A stretch of 64,000 bases of DNA from an uncultured Rhodothermales bacterium (GTDB taxonomy: Bacteria; Bacteroidota; Rhodothermia; Rhodothermales; UBA10348). Shown here one piece after another: positions 40,084 through 51,948 of this stretch. Numbering within the stretch: the first letter of the stretch is position 1; each line of letters opens with the position of its first letter. The stretch covers positions 15,523 to 79,522 of the forward strand of contig CAZEHJ010000001.1 of NCBI GenBank assembly GCA_964512485.1, given 5' to 3'. Under the pieces are notes generated by a model, which saw nothing but the letters and a program-made list of their open reading frames with translations, did no database searches and was not told where the DNA came from. A program made the translations under genes and the position numbers.

Positions 40084-40833
40084 ATGGATCACGCTATCGA
40101 TGTTCGCGACCTCACGGTCGCGTACCGGGAGAAGCCCGTACTCTGGGATGTTGATCTTCAGGTACCGGCTGGAGTTTTACTTGCAATCGTTGGCCCCAAC
40201 GGTGCCGGAAAAACCACGCTCATCAAATCAATCCTCGGATTGATCAAATCCGCCGCAGGGTCAGTGTTGATTCACGGCAGACCGTATTCGGAACAGCGAT
40301 CAAGTGTAGCATATGTCCCACAGCGCGGAAGTGTTGATTGGGATTTTCCGACCAATGTGCTCGACGTCGTGACGATGGGGCTGTATGGAAAATTGGGGTG
40401 GATCAGACGTCCTGGAAAGGCCGAGCGCGTCGAAGCGCTCAAGGCGCTGGCTCAAGTGGGAATGGAGGAGTTCGCCGATCGTCAGATCTCCCAGCTTTCG
40501 GGCGGTCAGCAACAACGGGTCTTTCTTGCTCGAGCGCTGGTTCAGGACGCCCGGGTGTATTTCATGGATGAGCCGTTTCAGGGAGTTGATGCCACGACAG
40601 AACGTGCGATCGTCGACCTGCTCAGATCGCTCAGAGAAAAGGGGAGAACGGTTGTCGTCGTCCATCACGATCTGCAGACCGTCCCTGAGTATTTCGATCG
40701 TGTGATGCTGCTGAACGTCAGAAGAATCGCGTCTGGCACTGTGCCCGAAGTGTTCAACGAAGAAAACCTCAGGGCCACGTATGGTGGACGCGTGGCTTTC
40801 GTTTCGGCACTTGCCACTCCTGACGACCACTAG
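40084..40833 (+). CDS. Metal ABC transporter ATP-binding protein (TroB/MntB/ZnuC-like)
   Basis: Start at MDHAIDVRDL. GPNGAGKTT, LSGGQQQR and YFMDEPFQGVD. Confidence 0.9.
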   Translation: MDHAIDVRDLTVAYREKPVLWDVDLQVPAGVLLAIVGPNGAGKTTLIKSILGLIKSAAGSVLIHGRPYSEQRSSVAYVPQRGSVDWDFPTNVLDVVTMGLYGKLGWIRRPGKAERVEALKALAQVGMEEFADRQISQLSGGQQQRVFLARALVQDARVYFMDEPFQGVDATTERAIVDLLRSLREKGRTVVVVHHDLQTVPEYFDRVMLLNVRRIASGTVPEVFNEENLRATYGGRVAFVSALATPDDH

Positions 40834-41965
40834 TGGAGTGGTTCACGGACATATTTCTCGATTATACCCTTCGAACGGTCGCCCTCGGTTCAGCCTTGCT
40901 GGGGATCACTGCGGGATCGCTCGGTGGGTTCGCCCTCTTGAGGCGTCAAAGCCTTTTGGGCGACGCCATTTCCCACGCTGCGTTACCCGGAATCGCGATT
41001 GCGTTTCTACTGACGGGAAGCAAGGCGCCGCTTGTATTGATTCTTGGAGCAGCGCTGGCCGGGTGGCTGGGAGCAGCCTTGATAGCCTCCGTGACTCTAC
41101 GCACACGCATCAAATATGACAGTGCGCTGGGAATCATGTTGTCAGTATTTTTTGGATTCGGGCTGGTGCTTTTGACTTATATCCAGAAGCAACCAGACGC
41201 GAATCAGGCGGGCCTGGAGTCATTTCTTTTCGGTCAAGCTGCAGCGCTCATCCAGCGTGATGTAATGGTGATTCTGTCCATCGGGACCGTCATCATTTTT
41301 CTCATGGTGCTGCTGTGGAAAGAATTCAAGATGCTTTCCTTCGATCCCGATTTCGGGGCTACTCTTGGATTCCCCATCCGCAAACTTGACCACATTCTGA
41401 CGGCGCTATTTGTAATTGCCATCGTTATCGGTCTTCAGACTGTGGGTGTCGTCCTCATGAGCGCCATGATCATCGCTCCGGCTGCTGCTGCCCGTCAATG
41501 GACGGATCGTCTGGGACACATGATCCTGGCTGCCGCGCTCTTTGGTGCAATATCGGGAGTCGGCGGGGCGGTCACCAGCAGCCGTGTGGGCAACCTGCCG
41601 ACGGGTCCGACCATAGTCTTGATCGTAAGCGCAATTGTCGTGATTTCTCTTTTGTTTGCCCCGAATCGAGGCATCGTATTTCGAAAGGTCAGAGAATGGA
41701 AAGCTGGTAAAAATCTGCGAGTTGATGCCGTTCTGGTCGACCTATTCACCCTGGCATCACAGCATACGTCCAAAGAATATCCCCATTCAGAACGGGTTCT
41801 GGACGTCATGTCGACCATTTCGGGTCCAGCCAGACGAACGCTGCATCTCTTGGAGACGCTGGGTCTGGCCCGACAGATTGATCAGAATAATTGGTCGTTG
41901 ACTCCTGAGGGAGTAGAACGTGCTCAAACGGTGATCAGAAATCAATTCGGAGGTAGCCTCAGCAC

Positions 41966-41969
<4 letters not shown>
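40833..41969 (+). CDS. ABC-3 family metal transporter permease (TroC-like) with C-terminal DtxR-like winged-helix extension
   Basis: 378 aa with a GTG start abutting the upstream stop. The ABC-3 core (LLGDAISHAALPGIA...) ends around aa 285. The tail ...ISGPARRTLHLLETLGLARQIDQNNWSLTPEGVERAQTVIRNQ resembles the DtxR N-terminal domain. Confidence 0.8.
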
Positions 41970-43075
<1,106 letters not shown>

Positions 43076-43359
43076 CGAATGGGCAGCCCTTGGTCTGGTC
43101 TCAAAAAGGGGGATGGATTATCGAATTAAAGGGTTGCAGTTGTTACCGAATTCGTCTTTAATTGCTGTTTCCACCGCGATCTGGGGAAAAGTAAATATTT
43201 TTTCCACCGTAGCGCGAAAAACAGATTATTTCTCGTTTACGGAAGGTAGAGTATCCCCCAGAATGGCTACAATCGAGTATTCTAGCTGTTTTGGAAGGGA
43301 TATATGACCTTAATACATAGGCCCAGACGATCCGTTATCCGAAAGGGGACGCTAAAAGA

Positions 43360-46300
43360 ATGAAATTTAAAGTTACCATTTCCGCTCTTTTTCTAGCCGC
43401 ATTTACATTCGGCAGCGCGCAGGCGACTGAACGCTACGCTGAATCCGGTGGACCAGGAGCTGCTCCCTGTACGGTATCCACTCCAGGATCCCGTTGTACG
43501 CTGGCAGCCGCCATTGCGGCATCTGATCCAGGAGATACGATTAATCTGCTGTTCGGAACGTATACCGTTGGTGAAATTGACATCACCAAAGATTTTCTGA
43601 CGATTCGGGGTCCAAACTATTTGAAGCATGCGGATGGTACTACGGACGGTGCGCGTGACCCCGAAGCTGAATTCACCGGATCTGGGCATGAGTACATCTT
43701 CGGCATCGGTGCCCACAATGTCACGATTGAAGGCATCGAGATTGACACTTCAGGCTCTACCGATACCTGGGCCGGTATCCGAATCTTGGTGGGCGGTTGG
43801 GATCGCTGGGCAATCCGCAACAACTTGATCCATGATATCGATGACATGAAAGACGTTCCGGGCTCCGGCGTGTCGAACTTTTCTTTCGGGATCTATGGGG
43901 ATGCTCAAACAACAGCCGGTTCACTTTCGATGACCGGTGGCAGTATCCACGGCAACTACATTCACACGCTCGGCTTCGGTTCTCATGTTGGAGGAGCCAA
44001 CGTCACGTCAGGTGTTGGTATTTATCTGGAAGGCGTTGAAGGAGATGTAGACGATTGCGACTACATCAATGTGTTTACGTGTGGTGTTTGGATTTACGAC
44101 AATGACTTTGAACACCTGTACACCGGACAGAGCCAAGTTCTGCAGGGCATAACAACACCGGGCGGTAAAGAATATTCCCATGGTGTATTTGTTGCCCAGG
44201 ATTCAGAAAATACGCTTCCAAACAACGGTGTTTGGGTTGGTGGAAACACAACGCTTGGTCCAGTTGCAGATGGCAACATGTATCTGGATGACGATTCGGC
44301 CACTCACGGGACTCCCGACGAGAAACTTGAAATTGGAGTTCGAGTGGGTGTGGGTGGATCTATGATCAATGAAATCAACGGTGACTTCAACGTTGAAACA
44401 GTCGCAATGGTTGTGAATGAAGGAAGAGCGGCGACCGTAAGCGAACTGATCCTGGCTCCATTCTTCAAATCTCTGTTCCCTCGCGTATTTGGAGAAGGCA
44501 CAGACCTGTACACGCGCTGGAATGCAGATGCAAAAGACCTGTCTGATGCTTCGGCGACAATCGTTGAGGTTGCATTGACGGGTGCGGATGTGGATCTGAC
44601 CGTTCGACCACAAGGTTCGTCTGCGTCTTACAAGGTGTCTCTCGACAACGGCGGTGATTTCAACCTTCGTTTCGGTGCCAGGCTTCTCTTCAGTGCGCCT
44701 CTCGCAAACGGCGTTGATGGTGTGAACACAGTAAAACTGTTCGGTACAACCGGCGATGACCTGCTCACAGTTGACTTCAACAATGGCAATCCAATCCCGA
44801 ACAAGGTGGTCGCCGGCTTGACGTTCAATCCTGATTCGGCCGCTGTTAATGGTGGTTTCGACGGGATTGCCCTTCGCGGGGATGAGCAGCTGGATTATGA
44901 AACCGTAGTCATGACAGCTGCAGATGCGGGGACCATCCACTTTAATCCCGATGCCCCGGCAGCGGATGAGCCACCAGTCGGATTTACGACACTCGTTTCA
45001 GGCGGCCAGCTTGTATTTGACAACCTTGAGCCAATTGATGACGTGCTGATCGTGAACACCAAATATTCGGTTGTTGCGACAGATGATGTGGACAACGAAA
45101 TCAACATTATCAACGGCCCCTTCCGGTTTGGGTTTGACACGTTCCAGATCAATTCTGGCGCCGTCAAAACCTTCGAAGAAATCAATTTTGCGAACAAGAA
45201 AAATGTCCACATCTACGGAGCAGATGATACTGGAGCGCCTGGCGATGGTGATGACGTTTTCACCGTCTTTACCGAAGACGGCGACGCTCCTGACCTGATC
45301 TTGTCCCTGACCCTCTGGGGTGGTAGCGATTTTGGAGGCGGTGCCGCTGAGCCGGATGACGCTTCCGATGATTATTTCGTCGTTCGCCCATCCAAGGATT
45401 ATCAGATTACGGTCGACGGCGGCGAGTTTGATTCAGGAGACTACTTGTTCCTGGATTGTGCCAACACGCATGACACATGTCAACCGTCGTTGTTGCATGC
45501 GGATCTTATCACGGCAGTACCCTCGGTAGATGGTGATACCGGTGCAGCTATTACCGGTTTTGAGACCGTTTTTTATAGGGACATTGAAACCGCTCCAAGT
45601 GATCTGACCGGAAATGACATCGTCATCAAGAAGGAGTTGGTTGGGTTTGCCGCAAGTGGTGCCCATCCCGGCGATGACCTGGAATACCGTGTTACGCTCT
45701 ACAACTTCACAGGAGGTGCTCTCGATCTTGCTTCAGGTGATTCTCTGTGGGTGACCGATGCGATTGATCATAGACTTTCCCTGATTGAACAAAGTGTCGT
45801 TACAGAAGCTGGAACTGTCGACGTTACCTCGAATCGTTCCATGCTCTGGCTGCTCGAAGGCTTCACGTTCGCGGATAAAGATTCGATTTCGATGACGTAC
45901 GATGTAATCGTAAACACGTTGATTACCACCGGCGATATCACCAACTACGCTTCCATTCTAAACGCCGACGATGAGGACGAGCAGAACTTGAGTGCCTTCA
46001 TTACAGGCGGTGCGTATTACGAGCATTATGCCAAAGTTGATTTGGAATTGCTCGATGTCTTTGGGTACCCGTTGAAAGCTGCCATTAATACCGCTCTGTT
46101 TTTCGAGACAGAAGCTGGCCCACGTTATATGGTGGGCCTCAACGGCGGCGCCAAGGACCCAACTGCTTTCGGACTGGGTGCGGTACTCTGCCGAGTCCCG
46201 GATCGGAATCAGGCCGTTGGCTGGGATGGCGGATTGGGTAATCTGTGGTACTCTTGTGGTGAGGGACTACCTTCGAACGGTGGTATTCCTGAACCCCTGA

Positions 46301-47388
46301 TCGTCACAGACATGTATCTGGATTCAGCTGATCGAATCTGGCTGTCAAGCTGGGGCCACTCGGGTCTCTTCTACAGCGACGACGGCGGTCAGACATGGAC
46401 CGACGCCATGGTTGACCTTTCAGGTGGACAGGGCGGCGCTCCGGATGGCATTGCAGATGGATTTGCTCAGATCTATGCGATTACGGAAGATATCCTGGGT
46501 ACGCTGTTCATCTCGGCCAATACGGGTGATGTTTATCGTTCCTTCGACCGTGGTGTAACCTGGCAAAGAGCCAAGCAGCTTCCCATGGGATCTGCAGACA
46601 CCGCTTTTTCCATGCAGGCAGACCCAACGCTCCCGGGTACCCTTTATGCCGGTACTTTTGGTGATTCGCTTTATGTCACCAATGATTTCGGTGAGACATG
46701 GACGAGGCCAGATGGCACTGATCTGGGAAGCGGATATATCTTTGATATTGAGTTCGATCCGCTTTCAGGTAATCTCTTTGTTGGTACGGCTCTGGGCATC
46801 TATTACTCACCCGATGGTGGTGACACCTGGACCGGACTGAACTCAGCGTTCCCTATCCCTGCCAAGCCGCCAGAAGTGCGGAACATTGCTTTCGACGAAA
46901 ACGGCGTACTCTTCGCTTCAACCTGGGGTCAGGGTGTATGGACGTCGGTCGACTGGCAAGCCACATCTCTTGCAGAGTTTGCTCTGAAGACTTCAAACGT
47001 GATCGATATCACAATGTCCGATGGCAGGGTGTATATCCTTACAGATACGGGTGAATATCTGAGCGTGGAATATGACGCTTCGTTCTCTTCCGTGGACATC
47101 GAAGAAGATGGTGTCGAGATCCCACGTGGCTTCACACTGGATCAGAACTACCCGAATCCGTTCAATCCTGTCACAACGATACAGTTTACTCTTCCGGAGA
47201 CGGCTGACATCAACCTGACGGTATTTGACATACTTGGCCGTCAGGTTGCCGTTCTCGTGAACGGACAACTGAGCTCCGGCCGCCATTCGGTTAACTTCCA
47301 GGCGTCAAGCCTCCCAAGCGGTATTTATCTATACCGACTGACGACACCTGGTGGATCAGTAGCTCAGAAAATGATCCTGCTGAAATAA
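43360..47388 (+). CDS. Giant T9SS-secreted protein, paralogue 1 (beta-helix-like N-terminus, DUF11-like segment, BNR/Asp-box propeller, Por C-terminal domain)
   Basis: 1342 aa with a signal peptide. SDPGDTINLLFGTYTVGEIDI; ELVGFAASGAHPGDDLEYRVTLYN. Asp-boxes SDDGGQTW, SFDRGVTW, TNDFGETW and SPDGGDTW. Tail LDQNYPNPFNPVTTIQF...GIYLYRL...QKMILLK. Confidence 0.85.
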   Translation: MKFKVTISALFLAAFTFGSAQATERYAESGGPGAAPCTVSTPGSRCTLAAAIAASDPGDTINLLFGTYTVGEIDITKDFLTIRGPNYLKHADGTTDGARDPEAEFTGSGHEYIFGIGAHNVTIEGIEIDTSGSTDTWAGIRILVGGWDRWAIRNNLIHDIDDMKDVPGSGVSNFSFGIYGDAQTTAGSLSMTGGSIHGNYIHTLGFGSHVGGANVTSGVGIYLEGVEGDVDDCDYINVFTCGVWIYDNDFEHLYTGQSQVLQGITTPGGKEYSHGVFVAQDSENTLPNNGVWVGGNTTLGPVADGNMYLDDDSATHGTPDEKLEIGVRVGVGGSMINEINGDFNVETVAMVVNEGRAATVSELILAPFFKSLFPRVFGEGTDLYTRWNADAKDLSDASATIVEVALTGADVDLTVRPQGSSASYKVSLDNGGDFNLRFGARLLFSAPLANGVDGVNTVKLFGTTGDDLLTVDFNNGNPIPNKVVAGLTFNPDSAAVNGGFDGIALRGDEQLDYETVVMTAADAGTIHFNPDAPAADEPPVGFTTLVSGGQLVFDNLEPIDDVLIVNTKYSVVATDDVDNEINIINGPFRFGFDTFQINSGAVKTFEEINFANKKNVHIYGADDTGAPGDGDDVFTVFTEDGDAPDLILSLTLWGGSDFGGGAAEPDDASDDYFVVRPSKDYQITVDGGEFDSGDYLFLDCANTHDTCQPSLLHADLITAVPSVDGDTGAAITGFETVFYRDIETAPSDLTGNDIVIKKELVGFAASGAHPGDDLEYRVTLYNFTGGALDLASGDSLWVTDAIDHRLSLIEQSVVTEAGTVDVTSNRSMLWLLEGFTFADKDSISMTYDVIVNTLITTGDITNYASILNADDEDEQNLSAFITGGAYYEHYAKVDLELLDVFGYPLKAAINTALFFETEAGPRYMVGLNGGAKDPTAFGLGAVLCRVPDRNQAVGWDGGLGNLWYSCGEGLPSNGGIPEPLIVTDMYLDSADRIWLSSWGHSGLFYSDDGGQTWTDAMVDLSGGQGGAPDGIADGFAQIYAITEDILGTLFISANTGDVYRSFDRGVTWQRAKQLPMGSADTAFSMQADPTLPGTLYAGTFGDSLYVTNDFGETWTRPDGTDLGSGYIFDIEFDPLSGNLFVGTALGIYYSPDGGDTWTGLNSAFPIPAKPPEVRNIAFDENGVLFASTWGQGVWTSVDWQATSLAEFALKTSNVIDITMSDGRVYILTDTGEYLSVEYDASFSSVDIEEDGVEIPRGFTLDQNYPNPFNPVTTIQFTLPETADINLTVFDILGRQVAVLVNGQLSSGRHSVNFQASSLPSGIYLYRLTTPGGSVAQKMILLK

Positions 47389-47414
47389 GAAGTCGTAAGA
47401 CTTACCTGGTCTCT

Positions 47415-47465
47415 AAAAGGGGCGGCGACGGGCGATTATAAATCGCCATGATCGCCGCCCCTTTT
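47415..47465 (+). terminator. Intrinsic terminator after paralogue 1
   Basis: aaaaggggcggcga...tcgccgcccctttt is a perfect 14-bp outer stem. It encloses an inner 6-bp hairpin (ggcgat-tataa-atcgcc) and ends in a T-run. Confidence 0.7.
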
Positions 47466-47713
47466 GCATTGATAGCATGGTTGGGCTGTGCTTTTTCAAA
47501 GTGTTGTGTCTCGGCGGGTGACAGAGCTTCCTTTTAAGCCTTGGTCACACCAAGGGCCTCGATTTAATTCTCGAAACCGATCGCGAATTCGGGAAAAAAG
47601 ACCGTTCCCTTTCTTAGTCAGCAGCGCGAAGTGGATCAAACCGCCCCGTTTCGTACTGCTGTATTAAATCCTACCAGTTCTCAAGAACAGTATCGCGAGG
47701 GAGCGATTCTATC

Positions 47714-50700
47714 ATGAAAATCAGATTAGTTACTACAGCGGTCCTTCTGACGATGCTTCTTGCATCGCAAGCCAAGGCTGCAGATCGAGATGTTATAGCA
47801 GTCGGCGGTGCCGTCGCCGGGACGTGTATAAGTCCTGCCTTGGCTTGTACGCTAACGTATGCCCTATCTGTCGCAGATCCGGGAGATACCATCGTTCTGG
47901 CTGGAGGGACCTATACGGAAGGTACTGTCGACATTACGTTGGACTTCCTGACGATACGGGGGCCTCATTTTGCAGTGCTCGGTACCGGTGTCCGCGTTGG
48001 CCCGGCATTGTTTACGGGTTCGGGTCATGAATACATCTTTGGTATCGGAGCCCACAACGTCACGATAGAAGGAATCGACATAGATACTTCTGGCTCAACG
48101 GATACGTGGACTGGTATCAGAATTCTCTCCGGTGGTTGGGATCGCTGGACGATCAGCAACAATCTGATCAGTGAGATCGACGATAAACTCACTACGGACA
48201 CCTCAAATTTTTCGTTCGGTATCTACGGAGATGCGCAAACGACGTCTGGGTCAGATACAATGACTGGTGGTCTGATTACAGGAAACTACATCCACACGCT
48301 CGGAGACAGTGGGCACCTTATTGGTGCCAACGTCACTTCCGGTGTGGGTATTTTTCTCGAAGGTCTTGAAGGCGACGTAGATCTGTGTGACCCTATCAAT
48401 CGATTCGATTGTGGAGTATGGATTCACACCAACACATTTGAAGACTTCAAAGTAGGCCAGAATCAGACCCTGCAGGGTGTTACCACACCGGGTGGTAAGG
48501 AGTACTCATACGGAGTTATCGTTGCACAAGACGATGAAAACCCTCTTCCAAACAACGGTGCGTTGATTGGTAGAGAAGTTGGTTCCGGCTCGGGTGACAA
48601 CGATTACAAAGGAGATGACGTTCACGCTCCTGTGACCGATCTTGAAATCGGCATTCGGGTAGGAATTGGTGGCTCTATCGTCAATGCTCGTAACGCAAAT
48701 TTCAATACAGAAACCATTGCCTATGTGCTGAACGAAGACCGCAAAGCCACGATCAATGAATTGCAACTGGCCGACTTCTTCAAGACGCTGTTCCCACGCG
48801 TCTTCGGCGAAGGTTCCGATATGTATTTCGCAGATGAGACGGAAGCCAAAAATGCTTCTGACGACGCCGCAACGATCGTACATCTTCTTGAAACGTCAGC
48901 AGCTCCTGATCTGTTTAAGGTATCAGTTGAGGCCCGCGGCGCATCTGCATCTTATAAAGTATCTCTCGACAACCAGGGTGACCTGAACGTTCGTCAGGGC
49001 GCTCGTCTGCTCTTCGATGGCGCAAAAAGTGACGGCGTTTTGGACGGAGTCACAGAAATTGTTCTTGGTGGTACCGCCGGAGAAGACCTTCTCACGGTAG
49101 ACTTCAACAATGGCAATCCTACTCCAATTGGAACGGGCGTTGGCATCACAGCTCCAGGTATCGATTTTGACGGTCTCGATGGATTTGACCGCATCGTGCT
49201 GCGAGGTGACGAACAGGTTCTCAACCAGTCCATTGTTATGTTGGACGTGGATAAAGGCGACATCATCTTCGAACCCGATCCGGGTCCGGGACTGGCTCCT
49301 TCAACCAAGACGCTGGGAACCTCGACGGTTGTTGCATTTGACAATCTCGAGCCAATTGACGATCTCATCATCGTCAACGGAATGTATTCGGTCGTTGCTA
49401 CGGACGATGTAAATAACGAGATCAACTTGATCAACGGTCCTTTCCGTTTCGGATTCGACACTTTTCAGATCAACAGCGGTCAGAATGCAACGTTCGAAGA
49501 AATCAACTTTGCGAACAAGAAAAACGTCCACATCTATGGTGCAGACGATACGGGTCTTCCTGCTGGCGATGCAGACGATGTATTCTCCATCTTCACCGAA
49601 GACGGCGATGCACCGGATCTCCTTCTGAGCGTCGACCTGTATGGTGGAGATGCTGCGGGTGGACTTGACGCTTCTGACGACTATTTTGTAGTTCGTCCAT
49701 CCAAAGACTTCAGCGTGGCTGTTCACGGTGGATCTGATGTCGCCGATGACTACCTGTTTTTGGATTGCGCCAATACGGATGCACTTTGTGATCCGGCTGA
49801 CATAGTTGCGTTGCTGCCCGGACCGAGTACATATTCAGCCATGTCAGGTGTTGGCTTCAAGGACCTGGATCTTGACACAGTTGAATTGACAGCTGACGTA
49901 CTCGACGAAGACCTTGTTATTCGTAAAGAGCTCATTGGCTTTGCTGCCGACGGTGCCCATCCTGGTGATGAAATCTCGTACCGTGTGACAATTCGCAACG
50001 ATGACGTGACACCACTGGATTTCACCGCAGAACCTGCATGGATAACAGACGTCGTGGACCATAGACTGTCACTCGTTGAGCAGAGCGTTGTTGTGGAAAG
50101 CGGAACCGTTCAGGTTGCCGGAAACAACACTGCCATGCTGTGGCACATTGATGACATTGCAGCGCTGGCTGCTGGCGATTCGCTGAGTATGACATACACA
50201 GTTATTGTCAATACGCTCATCACGACTGAAGACATCCACAACTATGCTTCGATCCTGAATGGCGATTCGGATCCGATTGACCAGTATGTGGACAACGGTG
50301 GAGATACGCTTGAACATTTCGGACACGTCGATCTCGACGTTCTGGATGTGTTCGGATTCCCTGTCAAAGCAGCGATCCAGGCTTCCCTGTTCTACGAAAC
50401 AGAAGCTGGTCCTCGTTACATGGTAGGTCTCTACGCTGGCGCTAAAGATCCTGCGACGGGCAATATCGGCTCCATGCTGTGCCGTGTTCCTGACACCAAC
50501 CAGGCCGTTGGCTGGGATGGTGGACTGGGTAACCTCTGGTATAGCTGTGGTGAAGGACTGCCCAATACGGACAATCTCTTCCTGCCCCTGGTCGTAACCG
50601 ACCTGTTCCAGGACTCAGCCGGTCGCATCTGGCTGACCTCATGGGGCTTTGACGGTCTGTACTTCAGTGATGACGGTGGTCAGACCTGGAGCAGCGCAAT

Positions 50701-51676
50701 GGCTGACCTTTCAGGTGGACAGGGTGGAGCTCCTGACGGAATTCCTGACGGATTTGCCCAGATCTACGCCATTACGGAAGACATTCTTGGTACGCTCTAC
50801 ATTTCGGCCAACAATGGCGATGTATATCGCTCATTTGACCGTGCTGTGACGTGGCAGAAATCGAAACAGCTTCCACTTGGTTCAGCTGATACGGCGTACT
50901 CACTTGAAGCAGATCCAACCGTTCCTGGTAAAGTTTACGCTGGTACGTTTGGCGATTCGCTCTACGTGACGACTGACTTTGCTGAGACATGGCAGCGTCC
51001 AGATGGAAACGGCCTAGGAAACGGGTATATCTTCGATATCGAACTTGATCCGATTTCAGGTAACCTGTTCGTAGGTACTGCCAAAGGTATTTTCTACTCG
51101 TCTGACGATGGTGACAACTGGTCAGGTCTGAACAGTGCGTTCCCGTTCCCGACCAATCCACCAGAGGTCAGAAATATGGCGTTCGATTCGAACGGATCCT
51201 TCTTTGCCTCCACCTGGGGTCAAGGAGTCTGGTCGTCTCTTGATTGGCAGGCGTTCAGCCTCTCCGAGTTCGCTCTGAAAACGACGAACATCATGGACAT
51301 ATCAGTCTCGAATGGGTTTGTCTATGTTCTCTCCGAGTATGGTGCAACCGCCAGAGTTGCGTACACGCCTCGTGCGAGCTCCGTAGATATCGATCCGGAA
51401 ACGGAACTTCCATCGACATTCACGCTGGATCAGAACTATCCAAATCCGTTCAATCCTACCACATCCATTCAGTTCAACCTTCCTCTTTCGCAGCAGGTGA
51501 ACCTGAGTGTATATGATATACTTGGACGTCGGGTGGCTGTTCTAGTCAACGATCAGATGTCCGCAGGCCAGCATCAGGTGACCTTCCAGGCTGCCTCGCT
51601 GCCAAGCGGAATGTATTTATACCGTCTCTCGACGCCTAACGGCGCCATTACGCAGAAGATGATTCTTCTGAAGTAG
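47714..51676 (+). CDS. Giant T9SS-secreted protein, paralogue 2 (same architecture)
   Basis: 1320 aa, collinear with the 43360-47388 product and sharing long identical blocks (FTGSGHEYIFGIGAHNVTIEGI, NEINFANKKNVHIYGADDTG, AQIYAITEDILGTL). Same Por tail ...QKMILLK. Confidence 0.85.
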   Translation: MKIRLVTTAVLLTMLLASQAKAADRDVIAVGGAVAGTCISPALACTLTYALSVADPGDTIVLAGGTYTEGTVDITLDFLTIRGPHFAVLGTGVRVGPALFTGSGHEYIFGIGAHNVTIEGIDIDTSGSTDTWTGIRILSGGWDRWTISNNLISEIDDKLTTDTSNFSFGIYGDAQTTSGSDTMTGGLITGNYIHTLGDSGHLIGANVTSGVGIFLEGLEGDVDLCDPINRFDCGVWIHTNTFEDFKVGQNQTLQGVTTPGGKEYSYGVIVAQDDENPLPNNGALIGREVGSGSGDNDYKGDDVHAPVTDLEIGIRVGIGGSIVNARNANFNTETIAYVLNEDRKATINELQLADFFKTLFPRVFGEGSDMYFADETEAKNASDDAATIVHLLETSAAPDLFKVSVEARGASASYKVSLDNQGDLNVRQGARLLFDGAKSDGVLDGVTEIVLGGTAGEDLLTVDFNNGNPTPIGTGVGITAPGIDFDGLDGFDRIVLRGDEQVLNQSIVMLDVDKGDIIFEPDPGPGLAPSTKTLGTSTVVAFDNLEPIDDLIIVNGMYSVVATDDVNNEINLINGPFRFGFDTFQINSGQNATFEEINFANKKNVHIYGADDTGLPAGDADDVFSIFTEDGDAPDLLLSVDLYGGDAAGGLDASDDYFVVRPSKDFSVAVHGGSDVADDYLFLDCANTDALCDPADIVALLPGPSTYSAMSGVGFKDLDLDTVELTADVLDEDLVIRKELIGFAADGAHPGDEISYRVTIRNDDVTPLDFTAEPAWITDVVDHRLSLVEQSVVVESGTVQVAGNNTAMLWHIDDIAALAAGDSLSMTYTVIVNTLITTEDIHNYASILNGDSDPIDQYVDNGGDTLEHFGHVDLDVLDVFGFPVKAAIQASLFYETEAGPRYMVGLYAGAKDPATGNIGSMLCRVPDTNQAVGWDGGLGNLWYSCGEGLPNTDNLFLPLVVTDLFQDSAGRIWLTSWGFDGLYFSDDGGQTWSSAMADLSGGQGGAPDGIPDGFAQIYAITEDILGTLYISANNGDVYRSFDRAVTWQKSKQLPLGSADTAYSLEADPTVPGKVYAGTFGDSLYVTTDFAETWQRPDGNGLGNGYIFDIELDPISGNLFVGTAKGIFYSSDDGDNWSGLNSAFPFPTNPPEVRNMAFDSNGSFFASTWGQGVWSSLDWQAFSLSEFALKTTNIMDISVSNGFVYVLSEYGATARVAYTPRASSVDIDPETELPSTFTLDQNYPNPFNPTTSIQFNLPLSQQVNLSVYDILGRRVAVLVNDQMSAGQHQVTFQAASLPSGMYLYRLSTPNGAITQKMILLK

Positions 51677-51708
51677 TATTCGAGATACTATTCCTGGATG
51701 ATCAGGAT

Positions 51709-51739
51709 GTGGGCCGGCGATCGCAGATCGCCGGCCCAC
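51709..51739 (+). terminator. Intrinsic terminator after paralogue 2
   Basis: gtgggccggcgatc-gca-gatcgccggcccac is a perfect 14-bp stem followed by actggtttt. Confidence 0.65.
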
Positions 51740-51948
51740 ACTGGTTTTATGGCCTTACCTTCGCCCGAAACATTGTTTTCGGCAGTCTGTTTTGCCTCTC
51801 ATAATGGGCAACGGCTCCATGGATGCTTGCAGCAGCCAAATCGATATCTGACGGAAGTTCGACGGCCAACCGACTACCGCCCAACGGGTATCCATCGCTG
51901 GATCGGAGTATTACCCATGTCGACCAATGATCACCGGCTGATGTACAC

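Noticed and set aside
44203-44940. 245-aa minus-strand ORF, and many other 60-155-aa antisense ORFs inside the two giant genes
   Set aside because: They lie entirely within, and antisense to, long well-supported coding regions. Their composition is typical of shadow ORFs (Arg/Cys/His-rich), and no motifs are present.
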